Shown here: piece after piece, positions 35,749-49,117 of the stretch
Numbering within the stretch: the first letter of the stretch is position 1
How the letters are laid out: each line of letters starts with the position of its first letter
Source: Mobula hypostoma
Taxonomy: Eukaryota
DNA length: 64,000 nucleotides
Assembly: GCF_963921235.1 (NCBI RefSeq)
Contig: NC_086097.1
Span: forward strand, 83,144,001 to 83,208,000
Direction: 5' to 3'
Position numbers and translations under genes: made by a program
Notes under the pieces: generated by a model
The model's database searches: none
What the model saw: the letters and a program-made list of their open reading frames with translations, nothing else
Told to the model about the DNA's origin: nothing

Positions 35749-36747
35749 CAGTGTTGCTGGGCTGGCAGTCTAAATAATAAAAAAAAATTATTGTGAATGC
35801 GAGCTTTTGAAAATTTGTATTGGTCATAATCCGAGTCGCATCATGCCATGTTCTCACACCATGCCTGTGTTTACTAATCCACAGTGGTTCCTGGTTGATT
35901 AATACTGGAGTTACTTTTTCCTTTCAAAATTTATCCTTGTTTTTGTTAGTTTTAATGGCCTTGCTCTTCATCATCTCTGAATCTTCTTTCACTTTTCCAT
36001 TGTTGGTAGATGTGGCCTCACCTGCCAAGGTTTTGAGCACAGGAATTCGCTCCTTAAACATCTGTTTCTCAATCTACCTTTGCCCATTTATTAGATCCTA
36101 CTTGAAACCTATCCATTTGGTTATCATCTTTTGCATTTTGTTCTGCTGGTTGTGTCATAGTGCAGAGTCAGGAAAGAGCCAGAGGCTGGATGTTGGTGCA
36201 TCTGTCTTCTTGTTCTACTGCTTGGCATTGAGTCCAGAAATGAAATGCAAATGTCCTGAGCTGACAAGGCAATTGTAGACCTAACCACCCTCTCAAATGG
36301 CGTATGTTGAATGATTTGATGAATTTAAATGAAATCGTTGACCTTGGTTGAAAAGATAAGTTGTTTGTTCCCATCCATAGATGCTGCCTGATTTGCTGAG
36401 CTCCTCCAGCACATTGTGTGTATTGCTTTAGATTTCCAGTATCTGCAGTACCTCTTATGACCTCTTAAGTTGTTGTTTACTTTACCAAAAATACTGAATT
36501 AAATAAACTCATTCCTTTTAAAATTATGTTTCTTCATCAAAGGCATTTGAAAACTGTTCACGAGCAAAGCCATACAGGGAGCAAGGCCTCAGCACCTGTG
36601 GCTTGCGGTACATTTCATGTATTGGAGTGGGGAGAAGGAAGAAGGAAAGCAAAGTTCTAGGATAGAGGGTGGTTGCAGGGGTGAGGGCTGGTGTAACAGG
36701 TGTAGTTGTTAGAATAGTGTGGGGATCAGTGACGCTCAGACCTATTA

Positions 36748-38314
36748 CACTGGACTACAAAGATTTTGCTTCCTGAATACTATTGGGTGTATCTTATGGT
36801 CAATAGCCCAAAATCCATGCAAATCGCCATGAAATTTCCCTACCTGGCACTATTTTTTTGAAATTGTCTATATTTGTTATTTCAACTTATAATTTAAGTG
36901 TAATGAAAATGTTGCCCACAATGTAAGCTGAAAAGTGTTCTATTTTGTACACACACACACTACATGTATATTGGTTTGTGATCACATTGATGTACATGCT
37001 CTACACTCATAGCATATTGTGTGTACTCATTATAATAAAGTAAGTCTATCTTCAGGAGTATTTGTTACAACAGCTTTGTTACTTTTATATTTCTGGTGAG
37101 TATACACTTAAATCTCAAAGACGGAGCATGACTCCTCTTATTAAGAAAGTCTATCAGCTCTACTTTGGGTGTAGAATTGGTGAACAGGACAAAGCCTTGG
37201 CTCACGTTTATTGCGCAATACGCACTGTCAATCTTAGAGCTTGTGTCAGAGGCTTTCGGAAGTCAATGCCATTTGCTGTCTCGGTGATCTGGCGAGAGCA
37301 GAAGGATTATGTGCAGAATGCTACTTCTGTCTGACCAGTGTGTCTGGTTTCTCTGCTAAAACAAGAAATCCATTGAATACTCCAATCTACTGCATGCCGA
37401 AAGTCTTCCAGCACTGAAGCCATGAGAGACAGTCTAGGGGAGGAAGACAAAGACGCCATGATGCACAAGCCAGGAATGGAAAATGATACTGATACAGATT
37501 TTGAACCCTTTAAGGTTGAGTGAGCCTAAACTGATCACTCAATCTGAGTTAAATGACCTGGTCGGAGACCTTGGTTTGTCAAAGGCAAAATCTTAATTTC
37601 TGAGTTCAAAGCTGCAAGGATGGAATCTGCAGTCACCGGGCACTAACAGTTCCGTGAAGGATTTCTATACTGGAGACAGATGTTTCCCAAAATAACTAAT
37701 ACCAAGATTAAAGAAGGCATTTTTTGTTTGTCCACAAATCAAACAGGTCATCAATGACAGGCAACTCAAAGAACTTCTAGTGGGACTGGAGAAAATCGCA
37801 TGGGAGGCATTCAAGGATGTTGTTGAAAATTTTCTTGGCAACTACAGAGCACCAAACTGAGTGCAGCTGGTTAACAATATGCTTCAAGCATATAAATCCA
37901 TGAAGTGCAACATGTCACTGACGATTTATATTCTGCATTCCCATTTAGATTTCTTCCCTGCAAATCTTCGTGCTGTCAGTGACTGGCACGGTGGAAGATT
38001 TCACAAGGAGGTAGTGATCATCGAGAAATGGTATCTGGGCATCTTGAATCAATCAATGCTGGCTGATTATTGTTGGACACTTAAGCAAGAAGCCTCAGAC
38101 ACTGAGTACAAACAAAAATCATCAACAAACCATTTTATCTTGGTTGAACTATTGCAATTAAATGTACAATATTCAATAAAAGTTGATTTCTTGCCTCTCA
38201 AGTCTTGCATGATACAAGTGGTCTGAAATTATATTTGTGTTCAACTTCAAGTGGCCTATCACACCATCAAATTTCTAAGGAAGCAACACTTATGTAAAAA
38301 TTTACTGTCCAGTG
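36748..38314 (+). mobile_element. Chapaev3-like (CMC superfamily) DNA transposon, internally deleted, with transposase pseudogene
   Basis: CACTGGAC...GTCCAGTG termini with a 3-bp TTA TSD. Peptides YFGCRIGEQDKA, MPFAVSVIWREQKD, QSELNDLVGDLGLSK, KIKEGIF and HSHLDFFPANLRAVSDWHGGRFH...MLADYCWTL match recalled Chapaev3 transposases. Confidence 0.8.
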
Positions 38315-38329
38315 TTATATATTATAACA

Positions 38330-38800
38330 CCATTATGGATGACTGGGAAGTAGTGAATCCTGCCCTCCAATATGCGTATGAATCCTGGACTACCTGCAGC
38401 AGGCATCTCAAGAGACTTGAGAAATACTCCAAGGCGCTCTCTGTAAAGTCGTTGAAACTCACTAGCGGGGTAACATCTTTAGTATTGAGTCAACTGCATT
38501 CAGCAAGCCACTTCCTTTTCACCAGACTTCCGGAACAGACACTCTATTTTGACCTCAGTCTTGGATAGAGATTACCAGTTGGACAGGGGAAAAGATTGCC
38601 AGAAAAACAACCAACATCCTACTGACATCTCGGAATCTCTGGCCCACAAATGGGGAAGAAGCATTTGGGATGATGTTGAGAACCCCAAGGCCATGTATCA
38701 GAGTACACAGACGCTCTGCATAAGTGACAGAAGGAGAAAATCACCTCACATGCCCCTCACCCACCAGTATGCCTTGCCAATCTTCCTGACCCATCTGTAG
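38330..38800 (+). mobile_element. Very degenerate RTE ORF fragment
   Basis: PALQYAYESWTTCSRHLKRLEKY and RLPEQTLYFDL remnants. Confidence 0.55.
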
Positions 38801-38804
38801 AAGA

Positions 38805-39072
38805 CTCTGCAGAATAGAGGAACATCCTTTTAGAATGGACATGAGGAATCTATTTAACCAGACAGTGATAAAACTGTTGAATTTGTTGCCACATGTGGCT
38901 GTGGAGGCTATGCCATAGGCTATATTTAAGGCAGAGGTTAATGGATTCTTGATTAATCAGGGTATGAAAGGATATGGGGAGAAGGCTGAGAGGGAAAATG
39001 GATCAACCATGATGAAATAGTGGAGCAGACTCAATGGGCCAAATTCTGCTCCGATGTCTTATGATCTTATCG
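38805..39072 (+). mobile_element. CR1 3' end
   Basis: FRMDMRN..., GAGCAGACTCAATGGGCC and the tail GTCTTATGATCTTAT. Confidence 0.75.
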
Positions 39073-39341
39073 CATTGGCCTCATGAGCCATCTCAGAAAA
39101 CTCAAAGTTGGAGCAGAGATAAGTAATTGTAAACCCTGAAGACTGCATAACACAAAAAATGTATCAAAATGTTGTACCACATTAAGGGTACTATTTAGGT
39201 ACACATAATTGTTTTTGTTCTTAATAGGAAGGAAGGTTTGAGGTTGTCACTGTGCAATCTTCATCTAGCAAATTGTCAAACATGTTAACTGTTCTGTAGG
39301 TTATAATGTACTACTTTTGTGTGCTCACTAACATGAGTTCC

Positions 39342-40225
39342 TCACTGTATTTGAAGTTCAAAGTAAATATTATTATCTAGGTACATATATGCTGGGGCGG
39401 CTAGTAGAGTAGTGGCATCAGCACTGGACTTCAAAGCAGGTGGTCTTGAGTTCAAACCCAGCTGGGTCCCTACCTGGGCAGCATGATATATGCATCTTTG
39501 CTGTCCAAATGTTCCAGGGTTGAGAGACCCAAATGAAGTGACATGCGCGGTGAACCTGTTGCACCAGTAGGCCAATTGGAGTGGATCTAATTTACTTCTC
39601 AGGCAGGAATTGATATGTTTCATCACCAACCTCCTAAAGCACTTCTTCACACTGGGTGTAAGTGCTACTGGATGATAGTCATTGAGACAGGTTACTGTGT
39701 TCATCTTGGGCACTAGTGTAAATGAAGCCTGCTGGCGGAGGTGGGTACCACAGACTGCTGAAGCGAGACGTTAAAGGTGTTGGTGAGAACTCCAGTTAGT
39801 TGATCATCACAGGTCTTTTGTACTCTGCTAGGTACTCTGTCTGGGCCAGATGCTTTCTGTTGGTTCACCCTTCTGAATGATGTTCTCACATCAGCCTCAG
39901 AGTCTAAAATCGCAGGGTTATTGGGGGCTTTGGGAGTTTGTGAAGGTGTCTCCATATTTTGACGGTCAAAATGAGCATAAAAGACTTTGAACTCGTGTTG
40001 GAGCAAGTTGTTGTTGTCAACTACATTGTTTGATTTGACTTTTTAAGAGGTAATAGCATTCAAGCCCTGCCACAGCTGTCAAGCATCCTGCAATGATTCA
40101 AGTTTGGTCTGGAAATGCCACTTCGCACGTGATATGGCTTTTTGGAGATTGTATCTAGACCTCTTGTGTCACACTTGATCGCCAGATCTGAATGCCACTG
40201 ATCTGGCCTTCAGCTGATTGCCACT
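39342..40225 (-). mobile_element. Rex1/Babar RT fragment
   Basis: KASGPDRVPSRVQKTCDDQLTGVLTNTFNVSL and VTCLNDYHPVALT...LDPLQLAY. Confidence 0.85.
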
Positions 40226-40499
40226 TCCCTGTTAATAGACTATAAGACAAAAGGAGCAGAAATCGGCCATTCGGCCCATCGAGTCTGCTCCACCATTTTA
40301 TCATGACCTGATCCATTCTCCCATTTAGTCCCACTCCCCTGCCTTCTCACCATAACCTTTGATGCCCTGGCTACTCAGATACCTATCAATCTCTGTCTTA
40401 AATATGCCCAATGACTTGGCCTTCACTGCCGCCTGTGGCAACAAATTCCATAGATTCACTACCTTCTGGCTAAAAAAATTTTTTTTCGCATCTCTGTTC

Positions 40500-43140
40500 T
40501 GAATGGGCGCCCTTCAATCCTTAAGTCATGCCCTCTCGTACTAGACTCCCCCATCATGGGAAACAACTTTGCCACATCCACTCTGCCCATGCCTTTCAAC
40601 ATTCAAAATGTCTCTGAGGTCCCTCCTCATTCTTCTAAACTCCAAGGAATACAGTCCAAGAGCGGACAAACATTCCTCATATGTTAACCCTCTTATTCCT
40701 GGTATTATTCTAGTGAATCTTCTCTGTACCCTCTCCAAAGTCAGCACATCCTTTCTTAAATAAGGAGACCAAAACTGCCCACAGTACTCCAAGTGAGGTC
40801 TCACCAGCAATTTATAGAGCCTCAACATCACATCCCTGCTCCTATACTCTATTTCTGTAGAAATGAATGCCAACATTGCATTCGCCTTCTTCACCACCGA
40901 CTCAACCTGGAGGGTAACCTTAAGAGTATCCTGCACGAGGACTCCCAAGTCCCATTGCATCTCAGAACTTTGAATTCTCTCCCAATTTAAATAATAGTCT
41001 GTCCGTTTATTTCTTCTGCCGAAGTGCATAACGGTACACTTTCCGACATTGTATTTCATTTGCCACTTCTTCGCCCATTCTTCCAATCTATCCAAGTCTC
41101 GCTGCAGACTCTCTGTTTCCTCAGCACTACTGGCCCCTCCACCTATCTTCATATCATCAGCAAACTTAGCCACAAAGCTATCTGTTCCATAATCCAAATT
41201 GTTGAAGTACAATGTAAAAAGAAGCGGCCCCAACACAGACCCCTGTGGAACACCACTGGTAACTGACAGCCAACCAGAATAGGATCCCTTTATTTCCACT
41301 CTCTGTTTCCTGCCAATCAGCCAACGCCCTATCCACATATGTAACTTTCCCGTAATTCCATGGGCTCTTATCTTGTTAAGTAGCCTCATGTGTGGCACCT
41401 TCTGAAAATCCAAATACACAACATCCACTGCATCTCCCTTGTCTAGCCTACTTGTAATTTCCTCAAAAAATTGTAATAGGTTTGTCAGGCAGGATTCTCC
41501 TTTAAGGAAACCATGCTGAGTTCTGCCTATCTTGTCATATGCCTCCAGGTACTCCATAACCTCATCCTTGACAATCAACTCCAACAACTTCCCTACCACC
41601 GATGTCAAGTAATAAGGTCTATAATTTCCTTTTTGCTTCCTTGCCCCCTTCTTAAATAGCGGAGTGACATTTGCAATCTTCCACTCCTCTGGAACCATGC
41701 CAGAATCTATCGACTTTTGAAAGATAATGGCTAATGCCTCAGCAATCTCCACAGCTACTTCCTTCAGAACACAAGGGTGCATTCCATCTGGTCCGGGAGA
41801 TTTATCTACCTTTAGACTATTCAGCTTCCTGAGTACTTTCTCTGTCGTAATTGTGACTGCGCACACTTCTCTTCCCTGCCACCCTTGAGTGCCCGGTATA
41901 TTGCTGATGCCTTCCTCAGTGAAGACTAATGCAAGATACTCATTCAGTTCCTCCGCCATCTCCTTATCTCCCATTACAATTTCTCCAGCATCATTTTCTA
42001 TCGGTCCTATATCTACTCTCACCTGTCTTTTACTCTTTATATACTTGAAAAAGCTTTTAGTATCCTCTTTGATATAATTTGCTAGCTTCCTTTCATAGTT
42101 CATCTTTTCCCTCTTAATGACCTTTTTAGTTTCCTTTTGTAAGCTTTTCAAAACTTCCCAATCCTTGTCTTTCCACTAATTTTTGCTTCCTTGTATGCCC
42201 TCTCCTTTGCTTTAACTTTGGCTTTGACTTCTCTTGTCAACCACGGTTTCATCCTTTTTCCATTGGAAAATTTCTTCTTGTTGGAATATACCTGTCTTGC
42301 ACCTTCCTCACTTCTCGCATAAACTCCAGCCACTGCTGCTCTGCCATCCTTCCCGCCAGTGTCCCTTTCCAGTCAACGTTGGCCAGTTTCTCTCTCATGC
42401 CACTGTAATTTCCTTTACTGCACTGAAATACCGACACATCAGATTTCGGCTTCTCTTTTTCAAATTTCACTGTGAACTCAATCATGTTATGATCACTGTC
42501 TCCTAAGGGTTCCTTCGCCTCAATCTCTCTAATCACCTCCGGTTCATTACACAATACCCAATCCAGTACAGCCGATCCCCTAGTGGGCTCAACAACAAGC
42601 TGTTCTAAAAAGCCATCTCCCAAACATTCTACAAATTTTCTCTGGAGATCCAGTGCCGAACTGATTTTCCCAATCCACTGGCATGTTAAAATCCCCCACA
42701 ATTATCATAATATTGCCCTTCTGACAAGCCTTTTCTATTTCCTGTTGTAATTTGTAGTCCACATCACTGCAGCTGTTTGGAGGCCTGTATATAACTGCCA
42801 TCAGGGTCCTTTTACCCCTGCGATTTCTTAGCTCAACCCATAAAGATTCTGCACCTTCTGATCCTATATCACCTCTTTCTAATGATTTGATATCATTTCT
42901 TACCAATAAAGCCACGCCACCCCCTCTGCCTACCTGCCTATCCTTCCGATACACCGTGTATCCTTGGACGTTCAGCTCCCAGAGACATGCATCCTTTAGC
43001 CACGTCTCAGTGATGGCCACAATATCATACCTGCCAATCTGTAGCTGTACGACAAGATCATCCACCTTATTCCTTATGCTGCGTGCATTTAAGTATAACA
43101 CCTTAAGACCAGTATTTGGTACTTTTTGCTTTGATTGCAC
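40500..43140 (-). pseudogene. CR1 ORF2 (APE + RT), several frameshifts
   Basis: Overlapping ORFs 42589..43140, 42249..42701, 42148..42333 and 40541..42151 together give one collinear ORF2. Confidence 0.92.
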
Positions 43141-43377
43141 TGCAACTCATCCCAATGGCGACAAATTTGTCCCATCACCTGCCTGTCTTTCCTGACATCT
43201 TTACTGCTCACTATCTTAGATTTATTTCTGTTTTCCCCTTCCTCTGCTCTATCATTCTGGTTCCCATCTCCCTGCCAAATTAGTTTAAACCCTCCCTAAC
43301 AGCTCTATTAAATCTTCCCGCCAGGATATTGGTCCCCTTCGGGTTCAGGTGTAACCTGTCCATTTTGAATACTTCCC

Positions 43378-44207
43378 CTAGAAGATATCCCAATTATCCA
43401 AGAATCTGAAGCCCTGCCCCCTGCACCAGTCTCTCAGCCACGCATTCATCTGCCTGATCCTACTATTCTTGCCCTCACTAGCACGTGGCACAGGTAGCAA
43501 TCCCGAGATTACTACCCTGGAGGTCCTCCTTCTCAGCTTCCTTCCTAACTCCCGGAAATCTCTCTTCAGGACCTCCTCCCTTCTCCTATCTATGTCATTG
43601 GTACCAACATGTACCAAGACAGCTGGCTGCTCACCCTCTCCCTTCAGAATATTCTGGACCCGATCCAAGACATTCTGTACCCTGGCACCTGGGAGGCAAC
43701 ACACCATGCGGGTATCTCTATCAGGCTCACAGAATCTCCTGTCTGTTCCCCTGACTATGGAATCCCCTACGACTACCGCATTCCTCTTCTCCCTCCTTCT
43801 CTCCTGCACAACAGCGTCAGGCTCAGTGCCTAAGACCCAGCCACCGTGGGCGTCCCTGTCAGATCATCCCCCTCAACAGCATCCAGAACAAGATACTTGT
43901 TGCTGAGGGGGACAGCCACAGGGGTGCTCTCCACTATCCGGGCATTTCCGTTCCCTCTCTTGACAGTGACCCAGTTTTCTGACCCCTGTAGCCTAGGGAT
44001 GACTACCTCCCTGTAGCTCCTGTCTATCACCACTTCACTTTCCCTAATAAGCAGTAGGTCATCAAGCTGCAGCTCCAGATCCCTAACACGGTCTCTGAGG
44101 AGCTGCATCTCGGTGCACCCGGCACACTTGTGGCCATCAGGGAGGCTGGAGGTCTCCCAGGATTCCCACAACTGACACCCTGAACAAAGCACTAACTCTG
44201 CAGGTAT
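43378..44207 (-). pseudogene. CR1 ORF1 (zf/lz + esterase), disrupted
   Basis: Split between ORFs 43830..44192 and 43378..43809. The likely start appears mutated to ATA (IPAELVLCSGC). Confidence 0.85.
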
Positions 44208-47200
44208 GCTATCTAATTCTACAGGAGTGAAACAGGAAAAATAAGTCTACTCACCCACTTACCTCGCCAAACAGATGAGCTTTTTAAACCGTTAGCTCAT
44301 ACCGTTAGCTGTGAGAGCCCTGCTGTTCCTGTCTGTCCGGGCCGATTCGCCAAGGGGAGAGAAAAAAAGAGTTGGTGCTTCGCTCTCGCCTCTTCCCATT
44401 ACCGCCAAAGCCCATTGAAGCCAAAGCCCTACACTCTGCTGCCACTCACTCCGCTGCCCGCTGTATGGGGTGGTCTCCTTTTTAAACTCTCCGCGCTGTC
44501 CTGTCTACGTCACGCACCTGCACAGTCTCGTCCTTCTTGCACTTGGAGAAGATTTTTAAAAAACTGCCTTCCTTCAGAATTCAGCTCCCACGCCGCTCTG
44601 CTTGTCCCAATCCAAAAGACAGCCATTGGAAGTAACCTTCCTTTTTAAACTCTCCACGCTGTCCTGTCTATGTCACGCGCCTGTGCAGTCTCGTCCTCCT
44701 TGCACTCGAAGAAATACATGAGATCTGCAACGCTAGAGAAATATTGAATTCCTTCATTAGTTAACTACAACCTTTTTCCATCAGTCACGCCCCTTTTCCT
44801 CCATTCCTCTTCCAAACACACTGAAAACACAGCTTGAATTGTATAATGCTTCCAATGTTTAAAAAAAAAGTTCACAAGTCAGTTTTGGAGAAGTACATTC
44901 TGTTTACTGATGAGCTCTATCTATGTTACAAAAAAAAGGACAAAGTTTAAGATCTAATCATTTAAGTAGATAAATAACAATTCTGTTACCTTGGAATTCT
45001 TTTCCAGGAACTTGTACATATTATAATAAGACACTTATTTCACTCTTTGTTTCTTATGGGCTGGGGGGTGGGAGCTGCAGTGACTGTCACAGAATGAAGG
45101 AGCTATTTTCTGAATGACTTGAAATAATTGGAACAACAAGAAACTTTATTTTCTCATACATTAGTGCTTCTAATATAAATGCTCTAAGACTTTGGGTGGC
45201 ATGAAAGTGGTTGAAGGAATGACAGTTAATCCCAAAGGGGGGAGAGAGAACATTCCAACGGGAATGAAACTTGATACAGAAGTATCCTATGCTGAAATGT
45301 ACAGACTTTATAACAGTTTGTCTCTTTGATTTTACATTTTTCCTCATAACATGTACTTAATAAACATATTGCTTCAACTATTTATGCACCTGGGGAAACC
45401 TGTTAATAAGCAATACTAATTCATTCATTCTAAACTTTTAACAATCAGTACCTTGTCTAAATTACGCTCCAGTATTGCAGTTTAAACTCTGTCCAGTTTT
45501 GAATGGATTTGTGCCTACCTTGTAAATTTATCAAGAGATCTTTTATTTGTTAGACTTTACTTTCTTTTTCCCCACTTGAAAATTTAAAAAGGTAAAATTA
45601 AATAATGGATACTTTTGTTGCTGAGTAAAACAAAGAGGATTAATTTCAAGACATTAATTCATTGACAGATGGAAAAGTAGGTATGAGGGAATTTTATTAT
45701 GATTTTGTGCCAATGAAAAGCAAACATTTTGATATCAAAGCTGGTCAATGCCAGGTCTTTGACTTTGTGTTGAAGGGAAAATGTTCATCATTAGCATTAA
45801 AGTAAGTTGCCCAGGGGGTGTCCGTTGCCTGTACTTTCCTGCTTCATCACAGTGCACCCTGCCCCCCACCCCCACATAACTCTTCAACATTGATTCCTGT
45901 CAGGCATTAATTCAAAAGGGTCCCTGACTTCCAGCACTTGTGGTCCCATCAAGCTGGCTAAGTAGCAAATTCATTAGAGTCCTTGACTGCTAATTGGGGG
46001 GGGGGGGGGGGAAACAAGATAATTGATAGCTTTAACATGTCATGTTATTACATAATTGGCAAATACGTATTTTTTAAAATGAAATAATTGAAAATAATTG
46101 TATTACATCATTATATTCTGAAGTAGTTAGGGAAATTGCAGTGTGCATTCCAAAAATTTATATTTTGTTTTGGTGGTGCCAGAGGAGCTGGAAATCTAGT
46201 TTGCTTTGCCATTAAAATTTGCATTTTATTCCATGAGATCTAATTAATCTTGTGAGGGCGTATTTTTCAGTCAAACTATTTCATCACTTAAATATTCAGC
46301 TGGTTTGCCTTGATTGTATGATGCAGGCCGCAATAGAGTGCAATCAGTGGAAGAGCATTGTACCCCTGACAACAACACTGGGACTTCTGCCTTAAACAAG
46401 GTGCTGTTGGTTTCAAGGCATAATGATGGCAATGGCCGATAATATTACTGATGATAAGCCTCTTTTGTCGTCATTGTAACTCAAGATTTGGGCAAAATAT
46501 TGATTTCAATAATAATGAACATCTGTACAGTTGAATCTAAGTAATCAAGTCAAATGGCTCAAACTGTAAGTTGGTTTGCTAAATTCTTCTTCTGTAATGT
46601 CCAGTTAGGCAGTCTAGACCAAATTTATTGTTACAATATGTGGGGGTGTTGCATTTTGATTAGGAGCCAAGAAGCATCACTGGTTGTTGCAAAACTAAAG
46701 TTGTTTTGGTGTGTTCATGCTAGCAATGAACTAAAAGCATGATGATCTTCAAAAATGATCTGATTTGTCAGAATACATCCATAACCTTATTGCTTTAATT
46801 ACATAATGCTCACTTCTAATCAGAAAGAACATAGTAGCCATACAGTACCGCTGAACAATATGTATTCAACATAAAATTTGCACTTGAGAGTTTGGGAAGA
46901 AGAGTGGCTTGGCCATTTTATTGTATGAACAGATGTAAGACAGATTTATCCCTATTAATTTCTGATTTAAATTTTGTTTATGCACACTTTTTAACATTTT
47001 GGGCTGAGCTAGATGAAGAACTAATTTTTAGTTTGTTCATTTATCGAACTAGTGAAGGAAAATATGTCTGGAGGAGGGCTGACTCATTTCATAGATGGCT
47101 AATCACTATTAAAATCTGTAAAATAATTTTAAAAATTGGCAGTGGATGTTGTTTGTTACCAAATAAAATTTTATCAAAATTGGCTTGCAACCTAACTAGA

Positions 47201-48059
47201 AAACAAAGGTCCAGATTCACATTTTATTGGACCTTATAAATTTGTTTCCTAATGAGTTATAGTCTTGTGTCATAATACATGTCATCATTAACTCTGGTCC
47301 ATTGTTGACTCAGGGTGATATTCTCAACTGTATTCAAGTTAAATGGCAGTTTATGCTCTGGACTAATAATAAGATCATTTGATTATATGAGCAATGAAAA
47401 ATAAAATATTCATGGTGTTTTTTTCCAATCAAGGCTCAATTTTTTTGAATAATGCAAGGCCAGGCGATAAGCACAATTAGATTACACTTCTAAATAATAC
47501 AGACACTTCAAATCAGTTTGATGCAATTCATTAAATGGCAGGGTTTACACCAGTAGCTTTAGTGAATTAATTCCAGAAGTAAAAGAAGTGGTGATTAAAA
47601 TACTTCCATGGAATTAATCTTGGAAGAAAGGCTTCAGTGATCAATTTATAAAGAGGATTTTAAGCTAGAAGAAAGTAGGCAGTATATCTGAATCAGCAAT
47701 GGCTTATGTTTATTGGGGACATTGGGCAGGCAATTTCCAAATGAGCTTCACAGAATGTTGTCAGAAGAAACTTAAAACAAGAATTGGGAAATTAGATGGA
47801 CAACTCCATATTTTGGAGACCGGTCAACTATAACCTCTGACATCTCTATGTCACAGCAAATCAGAATTTTTAATTTATCTCCCTTGATTCCACTACACTT
47901 GGCTTGACCCAATCACCATCTGTCCAACTCCTTTCTTGCAGCTGCTTTATTACATAGCCGGTCCATATTCAATACTGTAAAAAGGTGAAAAGGTTCATTG
48001 GTTAATAAAATTCTTCTGAAATTCTGAAATTCTTCTTCTGAGTAGACATGAAAACTAGA

Positions 48060-48750
48060 AAGAAAAGAAAGGCAGCATGATGATCAAACCCTAAATCTCC
48101 CCCTCCCTGCACAAAAACTGACCAGGTACATCAACCCTCAAATCCCCCTCCCTGCACAAAAAAAATCAAAGAAAGCAGAACAGGCACATTGAGCCTCAAA
48201 TCCACCCACCCCCACCGCACAAAAAACAAGAAAGATTGGGGGGAGAAACATGGAATACAAAAGTACTTTAAGACGGGGAGAAAAAAAAGTCCATAGTCCA
48301 AATTCACATCCAAAATGCAGAAACCCTGGGCAACATTCTCTGGGCACAGCGGCAGGATCCCCCCGCCCACATCCCGGGAGCGTAGCACAGCAAACCTCGG
48401 CGATCAAAAGGCAGGCAGTCGTTGCTGACCTTCTGCATTCGCCTCAATGTTTCAATCTCCCTCATCACTTTAATCAGCGAACAATGGAAGCTTTAATCAG
48501 CAAAATTGGGTTGAACACCGGTTCACATGGCGTCCTTGAGGTTCGCACATGCTGCTTCTGCCTCTCGGAGACTGCAAAGCACTGCAACACCCAAACAATC
48601 TCCAGACAGCAAATCACAGGCTCCAACAGTTCCAGGATCACATTCAAGATGAAAAACAAATGTAAAAGAAGTGAAATACTATGCTAAGTTTCATGATCTA
48701 CCCAAAAGATGTCGACTGAAGGAGAGTTGTACACAGGTATCATCTAGACT
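48060..48750. mobile_element. Unclassified interspersed repeat with a short internal duplication
   Basis: Abrupt GC/CpG-richer block. AAAT(CT)CCCCCTCCCTGCACAAAAA occurs twice (about 48093 and 48140). Family not recognised. Confidence 0.4.
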
Positions 48751-49117
48751 GGAAGAATAGGACTTTTCCTAAAAGAATTGGTGAGAGTAAAGCTATGGTT
48801 TGTAATTTTCAAAGCAAACTCAATTCGCTACCAGTTGAGCCCATCCCTTCCTTTGGTGTCGCGGGCCTGAACCAAACTGTTCTCAACCTTAGTGTCACAT
48901 TTAACTCAAGATTAACTTTTGACTAAGATCAAAACTACTAATCTCTCTGATATTGGCCATATCTCACTGCTTAAATTCATGTCCCTTATTCATCCCTAAC
49001 TTATTTGCAAACTGGACTACTACCAATTTCATTTGGCTCATTTTCCATGTTTTTCACCCCTCATAAACTTGGACTTAGCAAATACACTGTTTAGTAATTT
49101 GTTCCACTGTTCTATTA

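Larger units (their letters stand above)
40235..44713 (-). mobile_element. Near full-length CR1 LINE (5' UTR, ORF1 zinc finger/leucine zipper/esterase, ORF2 endonuclease-RT, tail), frameshifted
   Basis: ORF1: CSGC..CAGC, heptad leucines, VVGDSIVRG, VHVGTNDI (SGNH/GDSL esterase). ORF2: LYLNARSIRNK, AITETWL, IYRPP, GDFN, SDHNMI, KSPGPDG, QHGF, GVPQGSVLGPLLF, KFADD. Confidence 0.97.

Noticed and set aside
40541..42151. 536-aa ORF as an active reverse transcriptase
   Set aside because: It is only part of ORF2, frameshifted at both ends, and has a deletion in the DF(S/Q)KAFDKVPH motif (reads DFQKVPH).
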